From positions 1 through 42,823 of IMG/VR virus record IMGVR_UViG_3300045043_000023: 42,823 nucleotides of DNA. One strand, given 5' to 3'. This stretch comes from a virus. The translations under genes and the position numbers were made by a program. Shown piece after piece: positions 1 through 7,996 of the stretch. How positions within the stretch are numbered: position 1 is the stretch's first letter; every line of letters begins with the position of its first letter. The notes beneath the pieces are model-generated. The model searched no databases. It was given only the letters and a program-made list of their open reading frames with translations, and was not told the origin of the DNA.

Positions 1-24
1 CTTCTTTATCCATTTGTTTCGGTA
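1..24. repeat. Terminal direct overlap, identical to 42800..42823. Indicates a circular or terminally redundant genome.
   Basis: cttctttatccatttgtttcggta occurs at both window ends. An ORF reads in frame across the join. Confidence 0.9.
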
Positions 25-54
25 CGCCCTGTTTTGTTCGAGTGTTCTGCCCAT
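25..54 (-). CDS. 5' end (MGRTLEQNRA) of the junction-spanning endonuclease VII-like gene that continues at 42823..42452
   Basis: The ATG at 54..52 (minus) joins in frame with the open frame that starts exactly at 42823 once the 24-nt overlap is collapsed. An in-frame TAA lies 7 codons upstream. Confidence 0.7.
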
Positions 55-104
55 AGGACCATCGTAACGACATTATCACCGACCCGCCACCCAAATTCCG
101 GTTC

Positions 105-119
105 GGATCGGTGGCACTT
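105..119. repeat. Direct repeat GGATCGGTGGCACTT flanking the endonuclease VII cassette (partner at 42458..42473)
   Basis: 15/16 identity with GGATTCGGTGGCACTT at 42458..42473. The two copies bracket about 430 bp of lower-GC DNA containing one gene. Confidence 0.6.
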
Positions 120-133
120 AATCCGGAACAGCC

Positions 134-271
134 ATGGCAATCAGTGAACGACCGGGGCCGATCCCGAACATGACCGTGGACGACTTCCGACGCGGTTTCG
201 ATGCCACGCCGCGTGATGATGTGGACTGGTGGCTGCGCTCGAAACTGGAGCCTCGGGAGGCGGATATTTAG
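134..271 (+). CDS. Hypothetical small protein (45 aa)
   Basis: Hand-translated ORF MAISERPGPIPNMTVDDFRRGFDATPRDDVDWWLRSKLEPREADI, below the track cutoff. GC3 is about 70 percent and the stop lies 3 nt before the next ATG. Confidence 0.35.
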   Translation: MAISERPGPIPNMTVDDFRRGFDATPRDDVDWWLRSKLEPREADI

Positions 272-274
272 CGC

Positions 275-703
275 ATGAGCGACGCCCTTGCCATCATCCC
301 ACCCCTCGATCCGCAGAACGCGCTGATGCAGCCGGGCATGCTCGGTGCCTATCAGGCGCAGCAGCGCAATGCGTTGGCGCAGGCGTTGCGGCTGATCGGT
401 GCCCCAGGAGGTGATCCGGAAGGCGCTACATCGCTCGATGGTTGGTTCAACGACAACGCGCCGCTGCTGACAGCGAAGCAACTCGCGGACCTGATCGAGC
501 AGGAGCAGACGCACAGACGCATTCCGCAGTCTCCGTCCGACCCACGGGCGCTGCCGTTGTCACCCGCATCGCCAGCCGACGCGTTCGTTCACCGGCCGCT
601 GATGGGCGTCAGCCCATACGACCCGAATGAGATGAAGCCGGGCGGCGCAGGGCGGCTGATCAACGAACAGCTACTAGGCCCATTGCGTGATTACAGGACA
701 TGA
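275..703 (+). CDS. Hypothetical protein upstream of portal
   Basis: 142-aa ORF with GGGAGG 13 nt upstream. Its stop overlaps the portal start (ATGA). Confidence 0.6.
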   Translation: MSDALAIIPPLDPQNALMQPGMLGAYQAQQRNALAQALRLIGAPGGDPEGATSLDGWFNDNAPLLTAKQLADLIEQEQTHRRIPQSPSDPRALPLSPASPADAFVHRPLMGVSPYDPNEMKPGGAGRLINEQLLGPLRDYRT

Positions 704-2862
704 GTGATCTAGCCCTCTATCGCCCCGCCAATCCGCAGGACGACCCAGAACGCTACGGCCGCACCATCGAGGCCGAGGCTAAGTATCCGCGCGACCTCGA
801 TGAGCTGCACGACGAACTGGTCAGGTGGTTCGAAGAGTCGGAGATGGCGCGGCAGGACGAGATCACCCTGGCGCAGCGCGACCGTGATTATGTGGATGGC
901 GCCCAGTGGACCAAGGAGGAACTGGCCGAACTGAAGAAGCGCGGGCAGCCGGCGATCGTGATCAACAAGTGCATCGAGAAAATCCAGCTACTGTGCGGCA
1001 TCGAGCGCAAGGCGCGCACTGATCCCAAGGCGTATGCCAGAACGCCTCAAGAGGAAGACCTCGCCGACGCTGCCACGCAGGCTTTGAGGTTCATCGCCGA
1101 CGACAACAATTTCAGCATGATCCGCAGCAGCGTCTATGAGAACATGCTGGTGGAGGGAGCCGGCGGGGCTGAGGTCGGCCTGGAGGACGACGGCAACGGT
1201 GGCGCCAACGTCACCATCACGCACGTTCCGTGGGACCGTGTCTGGTATGACCCGCACAGCCGATCGTTCGACTTCTCCGATGCCCGCTACAAAGGCATCG
1301 TGATCTGGGTCGACCGCGACCAGTTGGAGGAGATGTATCCAGATGCGCTGGATGTCATCGAGGACAGCTTCAGCACCGTCGATTTCCACTACAACGACCG
1401 GCCGGAAACCGCATTCTGGACCGATAACAACCGCCGCCGTGTGCGCCTTGTTCAATGCCACTGGCTAGAGCGTGGCGTCTGGTATCAGGCGACCTACACC
1501 AAGCATGGCATGCTGGCCGCACCGCAGAAGTCCAAGATGAAGGATCGGCGCGGCAAGAGTGCGTGCGGGTTGCTGCTGCAGTCGTCCTACATCAACCGCG
1601 AGAACGGCCGCTACGGCATGATCCGTATGCTGATCTCGCTGCAGGATGAGATTAACAAGCGACGCAGCAAGGCTCTGCACTTGCTGTCGGTGCGCCAGGT
1701 GATCGCCGAGCAGGGCGCGGTGCAGGACGTGGACAAGGCAAGGCGCGAGGTTGCCAAGCCGGACGGTTACGTCGAGATCATGCCCGGCCTCAAATTCGAG
1801 ATTGAGAGCGGCGCAGAACTGGCGACTGGGCAGTTCCAGTTGCTGCAGCATGCGACCGCCGAGATGCAGCTTGCCGGGCCGAACGCAGCGATGGGCGGCA
1901 CCGATCCACGCGAGCTGTCCGGTCGCGCGATCCTGGCACAGCAGGCCGGCGGGCAGGCCGCCAACGAGCCACTCGCCGATGCGCTGCGCATGTGGAGCCG
2001 GCGCGTCTATGAAATGGCGTGGATGGCCGCGCGCGAGTTCTGGTCCGGCGGCAAGTGGGTCAGGGTCACGGATGAGTTGAATGATGTCAGATACGTCGGC
2101 ATCAACCAGCCGGTCCGCGTGATCGACATGCTGGCGAAGATGGACGACGAGAAGCGCGCCATGACGGCGCAGCGCATGCAGCTCGTGCCCGGCGATCCTC
2201 GGCTCTATCAGGTCATCGAGGTCGAGAACGACATCACGTCGCTGGATGTGGATATCTCGATTGCCGAGGGCATCGATGTTCCGTCAATCGCCAATGAGCA
2301 ATTCCAGACACTCGTGCAACTCGCAGGCATGCAGCCTGGATTGATCCCACCGGAGATACTGATAGCCGCCAGCGGATTGCGTGACAAAGAGATGTTGCTG
2401 GAGAGACTGAAGGAACATCAAAAGGCGATGGCTGAAAAGCAGCAGAAGGCCGAGCAGATCGCCACTGCCGACAAGGCCGCCGACATTCAGGGCAAGCAGG
2501 CCAAGGCACAGGCCGACATGGCACTCGCGCAGGAACGCAAGATCAACAGCGTGCGCGGTGTCCACGGCATGCACGCCGAATACAGTGCGCCGCCCTATGG
2601 CCAGCCCTACACGGCGGACAACGCCGCACAGCCACAGTCACCGCCGGTTGATCCGACGCAGATGACGCCGGAAATGGCGATGGCCCACCACATGACGGAA
2701 CTCGCCAAGATGCAGGCGGAAATCCGCAACAAGGATGCGTCCACGGCACTGACGGCAGCCAAGATACCGCAGACCCATCATCAGACGCTCAACACGCTGA
2801 TCCAGGCCGATCGCCTGGCGCGCACGCCAATCCCAAGGCCCGCAGCGCCTACCGCGCGCTAA
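700..2862 (+). CDS. Portal protein
   Basis: 720 aa, sited directly before the scaffold and capsid genes. N-terminal motif QRDRDYVDGAQWTKEELAELKKRGQPAIVINK is typical of podovirus/P22-type portals. Confidence 0.85.
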   Translation: MSDLALYRPANPQDDPERYGRTIEAEAKYPRDLDELHDELVRWFEESEMARQDEITLAQRDRDYVDGAQWTKEELAELKKRGQPAIVINKCIEKIQLLCGIERKARTDPKAYARTPQEEDLADAATQALRFIADDNNFSMIRSSVYENMLVEGAGGAEVGLEDDGNGGANVTITHVPWDRVWYDPHSRSFDFSDARYKGIVIWVDRDQLEEMYPDALDVIEDSFSTVDFHYNDRPETAFWTDNNRRRVRLVQCHWLERGVWYQATYTKHGMLAAPQKSKMKDRRGKSACGLLLQSSYINRENGRYGMIRMLISLQDEINKRRSKALHLLSVRQVIAEQGAVQDVDKARREVAKPDGYVEIMPGLKFEIESGAELATGQFQLLQHATAEMQLAGPNAAMGGTDPRELSGRAILAQQAGGQAANEPLADALRMWSRRVYEMAWMAAREFWSGGKWVRVTDELNDVRYVGINQPVRVIDMLAKMDDEKRAMTAQRMQLVPGDPRLYQVIEVENDITSLDVDISIAEGIDVPSIANEQFQTLVQLAGMQPGLIPPEILIAASGLRDKEMLLERLKEHQKAMAEKQQKAEQIATADKAADIQGKQAKAQADMALAQERKINSVRGVHGMHAEYSAPPYGQPYTADNAAQPQSPPVDPTQMTPEMAMAHHMTELAKMQAEIRNKDASTALTAAKIPQTHHQTLNTLIQADRLARTPIPRPAAPTAR

Positions 2863-2876
2863 CTCCCGAGGACATC

Positions 2877-3752
2877 ATGGCTACAGAACTAGAGAACTTC
2901 CTCGCCAGCGAGGCAGGCGACAACGCGCCTCCACCACCGCCTACGCCGCCCACAGAGGCAGCGCCAGCGGCTCCAGAGCCAAAGCCGGAACCCAAGGCAG
3001 AGCCGGCAGCTAAGGCCGCCCCAGAGCCGGCTGAGGACGACGCAGAGACGGCAGAGCGGCTCGACCACAACGGCCAGCCTTACGTCCCGCATCAGGCTCT
3101 GGAGCGTGAGCGCCAGCGTCGCCAGGACTGGAAGGAAAAAGCCAGCCGCGCCGAGGGTGAATTGGCGGCACTGCGCCGGCAACTGGAGGAGGCGCAGCGT
3201 GCTCCGCCGCCACCCCCGCCACAGCCGGTCTATCGCGCGCCACCGCCCGATCCCACCACCGACCCCGCCGGCTATCAGCAATACGCCCATCAGGTGGAGA
3301 TGGAGCGTCAGATCAACCAGAACCTGAATTATTCCGAGTGGATGCTGCGCGACAAACTTGGCGACGAGACGGTGAGTGCCCTGCAGGCTGAGTTCAAGCG
3401 CATGGCCGAGGCCGATCAGACGCTGTTTCAGAAGATGTACAGCCAGCCGCATCCGTATCGCTGGATGCAGCAGCAGGTCGAGAAGCACCGCGCCATGGCC
3501 GAGATCGGCGATAACCCGGCCGAATATAAGACACGCATCGAGGCCGAGGCACGCGCACGGTGGGAGCAGGAGCGCCAGTCGGCCCCGGCACCTGTATCAC
3601 CCGCAGCCGGCATGCAGCCAAGCCTCGCCACCGCACGCAGCGTCGCAGGGCGCACCACGCCAGGATGGACCGGTGAGCCGAGCCTCGACGACGTGGTTTC
3701 CAGTATTCAGAACCGTAAGCGCACTAACGGCACAGTCGGGCCGCGCTTCTAA
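2877..3752 (+). CDS. Scaffolding protein (putative)
   Basis: 291 aa with a Pro/Ala/Glu-rich N-terminus and a charged helical core. Lies between portal and major capsid. Confidence 0.6.
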   Translation: MATELENFLASEAGDNAPPPPPTPPTEAAPAAPEPKPEPKAEPAAKAAPEPAEDDAETAERLDHNGQPYVPHQALERERQRRQDWKEKASRAEGELAALRRQLEEAQRAPPPPPPQPVYRAPPPDPTTDPAGYQQYAHQVEMERQINQNLNYSEWMLRDKLGDETVSALQAEFKRMAEADQTLFQKMYSQPHPYRWMQQQVEKHRAMAEIGDNPAEYKTRIEAEARARWEQERQSAPAPVSPAAGMQPSLATARSVAGRTTPGWTGEPSLDDVVSSIQNRKRTNGTVGPRF

Positions 3753-4144
3753 GTCTGTGCAGGACAAGCCAGAACTCACCGTAGACCAATTGCGTCGTGT
3801 GCTCCTGCGAATGTGCAGGATCATGAACGGGCCATCTGCACAGTGTGCAGAGCCTTGTGCCCGATGCAGCACCGCGAGCGTTCTGTTCACAGTGATCGAC
3901 CCTCCGCGCTTCCTCCGCATTGCCGGTGTCGGCACGGTGGACTTCGGAGAGCCGGACGTGCCTACCCGCCGCCGGGGGCAATCGGGCGTTTCGTCCATCA
4001 CCAGGTCGTTGAAGTGGTGATCACCGTCTCCGGGTGAGCCTGACGGGTGCCGACCGTCGCCGGGTCGTTCGTCCGGGCGTTTCGACCACAAGGACATAGG
4101 GTCGTTGAAGCAGTCCGCATCGCTCAGTGCGGAAAACCCCAACA
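3753..4144 (+). promoter_or_regulatory. Long non-coding leader upstream of the major capsid gene, carrying repeats and palindromes
   Basis: No frame has coding-like composition. TGTGCAG(G/A) occurs at 3756, 3812 and 3844. Perfect palindromes lie at 3836..3850 and 4016..4025. CGGGCGTTTCG (3983, 4074) and GGTCGTTGAAG (4004, 4100) are each duplicated. Confidence 0.4.
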
Positions 4145-5257
4145 ATGGCTGACATGAATGTAACGGCCGCCAGGCCGGGACTAACTCCAATCCAATGGAG
4201 TTCCGACTTCTGGGTAGAATATCTCAGAGAAAACCAGTTCAGCCCATACTTCGGCACAAGTATGGACGCGATGATCCAGCTTCAAACGGATCTTACGCGT
4301 AAGCCCGGCGACAGCGTCGTCTTCCCCACCGTCCGCAACCTGGTGGGCGCAGGCGTAACCGGCAACACCGTGCTCGAAGGCAATGAGGAAATCCTCAACG
4401 CCCGAAGCCTGAAAGTGGCGGTGTCTGTCATCCGCCATGCCGTGGCGGTGAGCCAGTGGGACGAGCAGAAGTCGGTCATCGATCTGCTGCAGGCCGGGCG
4501 CCAGGTGCTGAAGAACTGGGCGGCCAATAAGCTCAGAGCGGACATCATCACCTCGCTCGGTGCCATCACGGCTGACGGCGATGTGCAGCTCACCTACGCG
4601 GCAGCATCCGCAGCACAGCGCAATACGTGGCTCACCAACAACGCCGACCGCGTGCTGTTCGGCAATTCCAAGGTGAACGCGGTGTCCAACGTCTATGCCA
4701 CCGCGCTGACCACGATCGACAACACCGCCGACAAGCTCACAGCCGCACAGCTCACCCTGGCCAAGCGGCTTGCGCGCACCGCCAATCCGAAGATCCGTCC
4801 GATCCGGGTGAGCGGCGATGAGGAGTGGTACGTGGTGTTCGTGCCAAGCCTGCCGTTCCGCGACCTTATGCAAGACCCGACGATCATCAATGCCCTGCAG
4901 TATGCGTGGGACCGTGGCCGCGACAATCCGCTGTTTACAGCAGGGGATATACTTTGGAATGGCATGATTATACGTGAAATCCCCGAACTGCCTGTCGTGC
5001 CAGACGTGGGTGCAGGCGCTACGGTGGATGCAGCGGCGTCCTACCTTTGTGGCGCGCAGGCTCTCGGCATTGCCTGGGCACAGCGGACGAAGGCCATAAC
5101 GAACGAGAGGGATTATGGCTATTTTAGTGGCGTTGGCGTAATGGAAATCAGGGGCGTGGCGAAGTTGCGTTTCGGCACCGACCCTACAGTCGATCAGACA
5201 AAACCTGTAGACAACGGCGTATTTACAATCTGGTCGGCCAGTGAACCAGATGCATAA
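4145..5257 (+). CDS. Major capsid protein, N4-gp56 family type
   Basis: The motif DLTRKPGDSVVFPTVRNLVGAGVTGNTVLEGNEEILNARSLKVAVSVIRHAV matches the family signature as I recall it. Follows the scaffold gene. The ATG at 4145 is preferred over the GTG at 4127. Confidence 0.85.
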   Translation: MADMNVTAARPGLTPIQWSSDFWVEYLRENQFSPYFGTSMDAMIQLQTDLTRKPGDSVVFPTVRNLVGAGVTGNTVLEGNEEILNARSLKVAVSVIRHAVAVSQWDEQKSVIDLLQAGRQVLKNWAANKLRADIITSLGAITADGDVQLTYAAASAAQRNTWLTNNADRVLFGNSKVNAVSNVYATALTTIDNTADKLTAAQLTLAKRLARTANPKIRPIRVSGDEEWYVVFVPSLPFRDLMQDPTIINALQYAWDRGRDNPLFTAGDILWNGMIIREIPELPVVPDVGAGATVDAAASYLCGAQALGIAWAQRTKAITNERDYGYFSGVGVMEIRGVAKLRFGTDPTVDQTKPVDNGVFTIWSASEPDA

Positions 5258-5297
5258 TCGCATTGACTACACAGCAGAGCCGGACGTATAAGGAGGC

Positions 5298-5332
5298 GAG
5301 GCCCGAAGGTGTTCGACGCACCAACGGGCCTC
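5298..5332 (+). terminator. Stem-loop downstream of the capsid gene (candidate attenuating terminator)
   Basis: GAGGCCCG (5298..5305) pairs with CGGGCCTC (5325..5332), with an inner GGTG/CACC stem. No U-tract follows. Confidence 0.35.
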
Positions 5333-5359
5333 TGACCACAACGATGAGGCAACACCGTC

Positions 5360-6190
5360 ATGGCTCTCCCAATCGTGCCCTACTCAGGGCCGGTCGTCAC
5401 GCGCGCCGAGGCTAAGGTTAACGGGCTGAAGCGCTACTTCATGGGGCCGGATAGGCCCTGTAAATACGGACACATCAGCGAACGAACCACGGTGGACGGC
5501 GGCTGCATCCTGTGTGCCAGGACGGCAGCCATGACCGATGAGCAGCTAGAAAACAAGCGTCGCTATGCGCTCAAGTATGACGAGGCACACCGCGCTGAGA
5601 AGAACGTCAAGACTGCGGAGCGCTATCAGCGTCTCAAGGTAGAACTAGGCGATGAGGGGATGCGGGATAGGTTCCGAGCATATTACTGGAACCATCGCGA
5701 CACCGCTCTGAAGCACAAGAATCTCTACAACCAGAGGCACGCAGAGAAGCTCAAGGCCCATCGGTTACAACCCGCTATCAAAGAGCGGATTGCAGAGACC
5801 GGTCGAGCATGGGCGATCGCCTATCCAGAACGAGCCGCGGCTAAGACGCAACGTTGGCGCGAACGCTATCCCGAGAAGGTCCAACAGTGGCGCAAGGAGA
5901 ACCCGGAGGCATCTCGGGCTATCAAGCAGCGTCGCAGAGCGCGTGAACGTGAGGCAGAAGGATCGTTCACCGCAGACGAGTTGAAGGCGTTATTCAAGAA
6001 ACAGGCAGGTAAGTGCGTTTACTGCACAGTGGCCCTCGGTAAGGGCTACCACGCAGACCATATCGTCCCACTGATGCGAGGTGGCTCTAACTGGATCAGC
6101 AACATCCAGTTGCTGTGCCGGTCATGCAACTCGAAGAAGTGGGCCATCGATCCCATCGTATTCGCCAAGCGTCGCGGCCGCCTCCTGTAA
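5360..6190 (+). CDS. HNH endonuclease (free-standing, inside the structural module)
   Basis: C-terminal HNH motif CVYCTVALGKGYHADHIVPLMRGGSNWISNIQLLCRSCNSKK. N-terminal GLKRYFMGPDRPCKYGHISERTTVDGGCILC and Arg-rich helical repeats are typical of phage HNH proteins. Locally lower GC. Confidence 0.85.
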   Translation: MALPIVPYSGPVVTRAEAKVNGLKRYFMGPDRPCKYGHISERTTVDGGCILCARTAAMTDEQLENKRRYALKYDEAHRAEKNVKTAERYQRLKVELGDEGMRDRFRAYYWNHRDTALKHKNLYNQRHAEKLKAHRLQPAIKERIAETGRAWAIAYPERAAAKTQRWRERYPEKVQQWRKENPEASRAIKQRRRAREREAEGSFTADELKALFKKQAGKCVYCTVALGKGYHADHIVPLMRGGSNWISNIQLLCRSCNSKKWAIDPIVFAKRRGRLL

Positions 6191-6240
6191 TTGGACAGGT
6201 GGGGGCCGGCGTGCCTCCACCTCCAACCGGGAGACTTCCC

Positions 6241-6771
6241 ATGGCTGACAAGAAGCGAGACGACGACGACCGGGGCATGCCGCATCCGGGCGCAGGACCG
6301 GCGGCACGCACGCCGCAGGAGGACCACACACCGCGCCAGGAAGAGCAGCACGAGCGCGAGGCACGGCAGGAGCAGCGTGGCCAGGGGCGGCGCCGGCAGG
6401 CGCTGTCGTCCGAGGACAAGGCGGCGCGGGACAAGCAGCAGGCCGAGCTACGGGCCGGCTGGGCGGCCGCCAGCATCGGCGCACAGGTCGTGCTGGACTT
6501 CAACGAGGACGGCTCCCTGGGCGCCCGTGGCGGCGCTGCTGGCACCATCGAGGGCAATACGATCGCCCGCGATACGTGGCTCGGTGAGATGGGCCTTGAC
6601 CCGGCCGACTGCAGCGGGCCGCCGCGTCCGCGCATGAACGACGAGATGGTGCAGCGTGAGGCGCCTCCGTTGCCAGATGCCCGCGCCACCAAGGTCAGCA
6701 GCCTAGCGGCCGGCATCAGTCAGGGCCTGGCGGGTGACGACAGTGCGCGCCAGCAGAGGGCACGGGCATGA
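6241..6771 (+). CDS. Hypothetical virion-module protein, paralogous to the next gene
   Basis: Start moved to the ATG at 6241 (GGGAGA 8 nt upstream), because 6115..6240 overlaps the HNH gene. IGAQVVLDFNEDGSLGARGGAAGTIEGNTIARDTWLGEMGLDPAD resembles a segment of 6768..7352. Confidence 0.6.
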   Translation: MADKKRDDDDRGMPHPGAGPAARTPQEDHTPRQEEQHEREARQEQRGQGRRRQALSSEDKAARDKQQAELRAGWAAASIGAQVVLDFNEDGSLGARGGAAGTIEGNTIARDTWLGEMGLDPADCSGPPRPRMNDEMVQREAPPLPDARATKVSSLAAGISQGLAGDDSARQQRARA

Positions 6772-7352
6772 ACGACGAGCGCGAGCACGAGCGACGCAAC
6801 GTGCGGCCCGCACCGCCAGTGCCGGCCCCGGTGATCCAGGGCGCGCAGCAGGCCGAGATTGAGCCACCGACGGAGGAGGGATTTGCGGGCACTATCGGTG
6901 CCCAGGTCGTGCTGCCGCCTGACAGCGCCGCCGCAGCGGGCGCCAAAGGGGTCTACCCGACCATCGTGGAGAACACGCTGCTGAGGAACGCGGGCTACGT
7001 CGAGATGGGACTGGACCCGCAAGACCCGAGCAACGAGGTGACCGACCCGGACGTGCCGCCTGGCACCGGCAATGGCGGTGGTGGCGAGACGCCGACTGCA
7101 CCGACCGTGGTTGATGTGCCGCTCGTCACGCAGTCGGGCAGCACGCTGAACTGCACCATGGGGAATTGGACGGGCGAGCCGACATCGTACGCCTACCAGT
7201 GGAAGCTCGACGGTGTGGACGCGGGCACGGGCACGGCTGACTACGCTGTGCAGGCCGGCGATGTCGGCAAGGCGGCTACCTGCACGGTGACGGCGACCAA
7301 TGCGGCTGGCTCTACCGCAGCGCCGGTATCCAACAGCGTGACTGTCGCGTGA
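6768..7352 (+). CDS. Ig-like domain protein (possible head decoration protein)
   Basis: The N-terminal half is paralogous to the previous gene. The C-terminus TLNCTMGNWTGEPTSYAYQWKLDG..ATCTVTATNAAGSTAAPVSNSVTV is a bacterial or phage Ig-like repeat signature. Confidence 0.55.
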   Translation: MNDEREHERRNVRPAPPVPAPVIQGAQQAEIEPPTEEGFAGTIGAQVVLPPDSAAAAGAKGVYPTIVENTLLRNAGYVEMGLDPQDPSNEVTDPDVPPGTGNGGGGETPTAPTVVDVPLVTQSGSTLNCTMGNWTGEPTSYAYQWKLDGVDAGTGTADYAVQAGDVGKAATCTVTATNAAGSTAAPVSNSVTVA

Positions 7353-7993
7353 CGCGATCCGTCGCAACCGTGGCACAGCAGGCGCTTAGGCGCCTGGGTG
7401 TCCGCGTGGTCCCGGTGGGCGACAGCCCGACGCTCACCGAGGTGCTGACGCCTGCCACGATCGCCACGCAGGCGCTGGTCGAGTTGGGTGTGATCGCCTC
7501 GGACGAGACGCCATTAGCATCCGATCAGGCGCTGATGCTCGACCGCGTCGCCTCGGTGCATGCGTCGCTCGACGCGCAGGGAACGGTGTTCTGGACGCAG
7601 GACGCCATCCCGCGCGCGTTCGCCGAGGAATACACCAAGCTCACGGCGGCATTCGGTTCGACGGCGTTCGGCAAGACGGCGGACCCGGCGGTGGTGAAGC
7701 TGCTGGAGGGCCGGGTGCGGGCTGGCGTCATGGTGCTGAGCGCTGACGACAACGCGCAGCAGGCGGTGCAGGCAATCCACGACGATCTCGTGAGCCGGGG
7801 CATCGCTCGATGGACATCCATGGACATACCGGAGCCGGTCGCCGATGCGTACGTGCTGATGGCGGCGCAGCGGCTGGCTCCGCTGTTCGGCGGGCAGAGC
7901 AACCCGCAGGAAGCGCGTCAGGCCGAGGTGTCCATCTTCCGGTTCATCGCTCTGCCGACATCCGGCGAAACCATGCGTGGGAGCTACTTCTGA
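7349..7993 (+). CDS. Head-to-tail adaptor, P22 gp4-like (putative)
   Basis: N-terminal VAQQALRRLGV resembles P22 gp4 LVRAALRKLGV. A second similar helical unit follows (DDLVSRGIARW..AYVLMAAQRLAPLFG). Lies after the capsid-associated genes. Confidence 0.5.
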   Translation: MTRSVATVAQQALRRLGVRVVPVGDSPTLTEVLTPATIATQALVELGVIASDETPLASDQALMLDRVASVHASLDAQGTVFWTQDAIPRAFAEEYTKLTAAFGSTAFGKTADPAVVKLLEGRVRAGVMVLSADDNAQQAVQAIHDDLVSRGIARWTSMDIPEPVADAYVLMAAQRLAPLFGGQSNPQEARQAEVSIFRFIALPTSGETMRGSYF

Positions 7994-7996
7994 GCC

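Noticed and set aside
111-125. Sigma-54 promoter (TGGCAC-N5-TTGC) within the flanking direct repeats at 111..125 and 42466..42481
   Set aside because: The -24 element TGGCAC is present but the -12 element is missing (CCGG) or poor (TTCA). The orientation does not point at a gene start.
4181-5263. 360-aa minus-strand ORF opposite the major capsid gene. Similar long antisense ORFs occur at 16440..17456, 34764..35723, 39016..39819, 39780..40739, 20066..20954 and 30510..31235.
   Set aside because: High-GC DNA produces long stop-free antisense and off-frame ORFs. Their translations are Arg/Gly/Ala/Pro-rich with no motifs, while the opposite strand encodes proteins with clear family signatures.
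5291-5335. Strong AAGGAGG at 5290..5296 followed by GTG at 5309
   Set aside because: The resulting ORF is only 8 codons and lies within the post-capsid stem-loop, so it is unlikely to be a gene.
6115-6240. N-terminal extension of the 218-aa track ORF overlapping the HNH gene
   Set aside because: It overlaps the 3' end of a well-supported HNH gene in another frame. An ATG at 6241 with an RBS lies just after the HNH stop.
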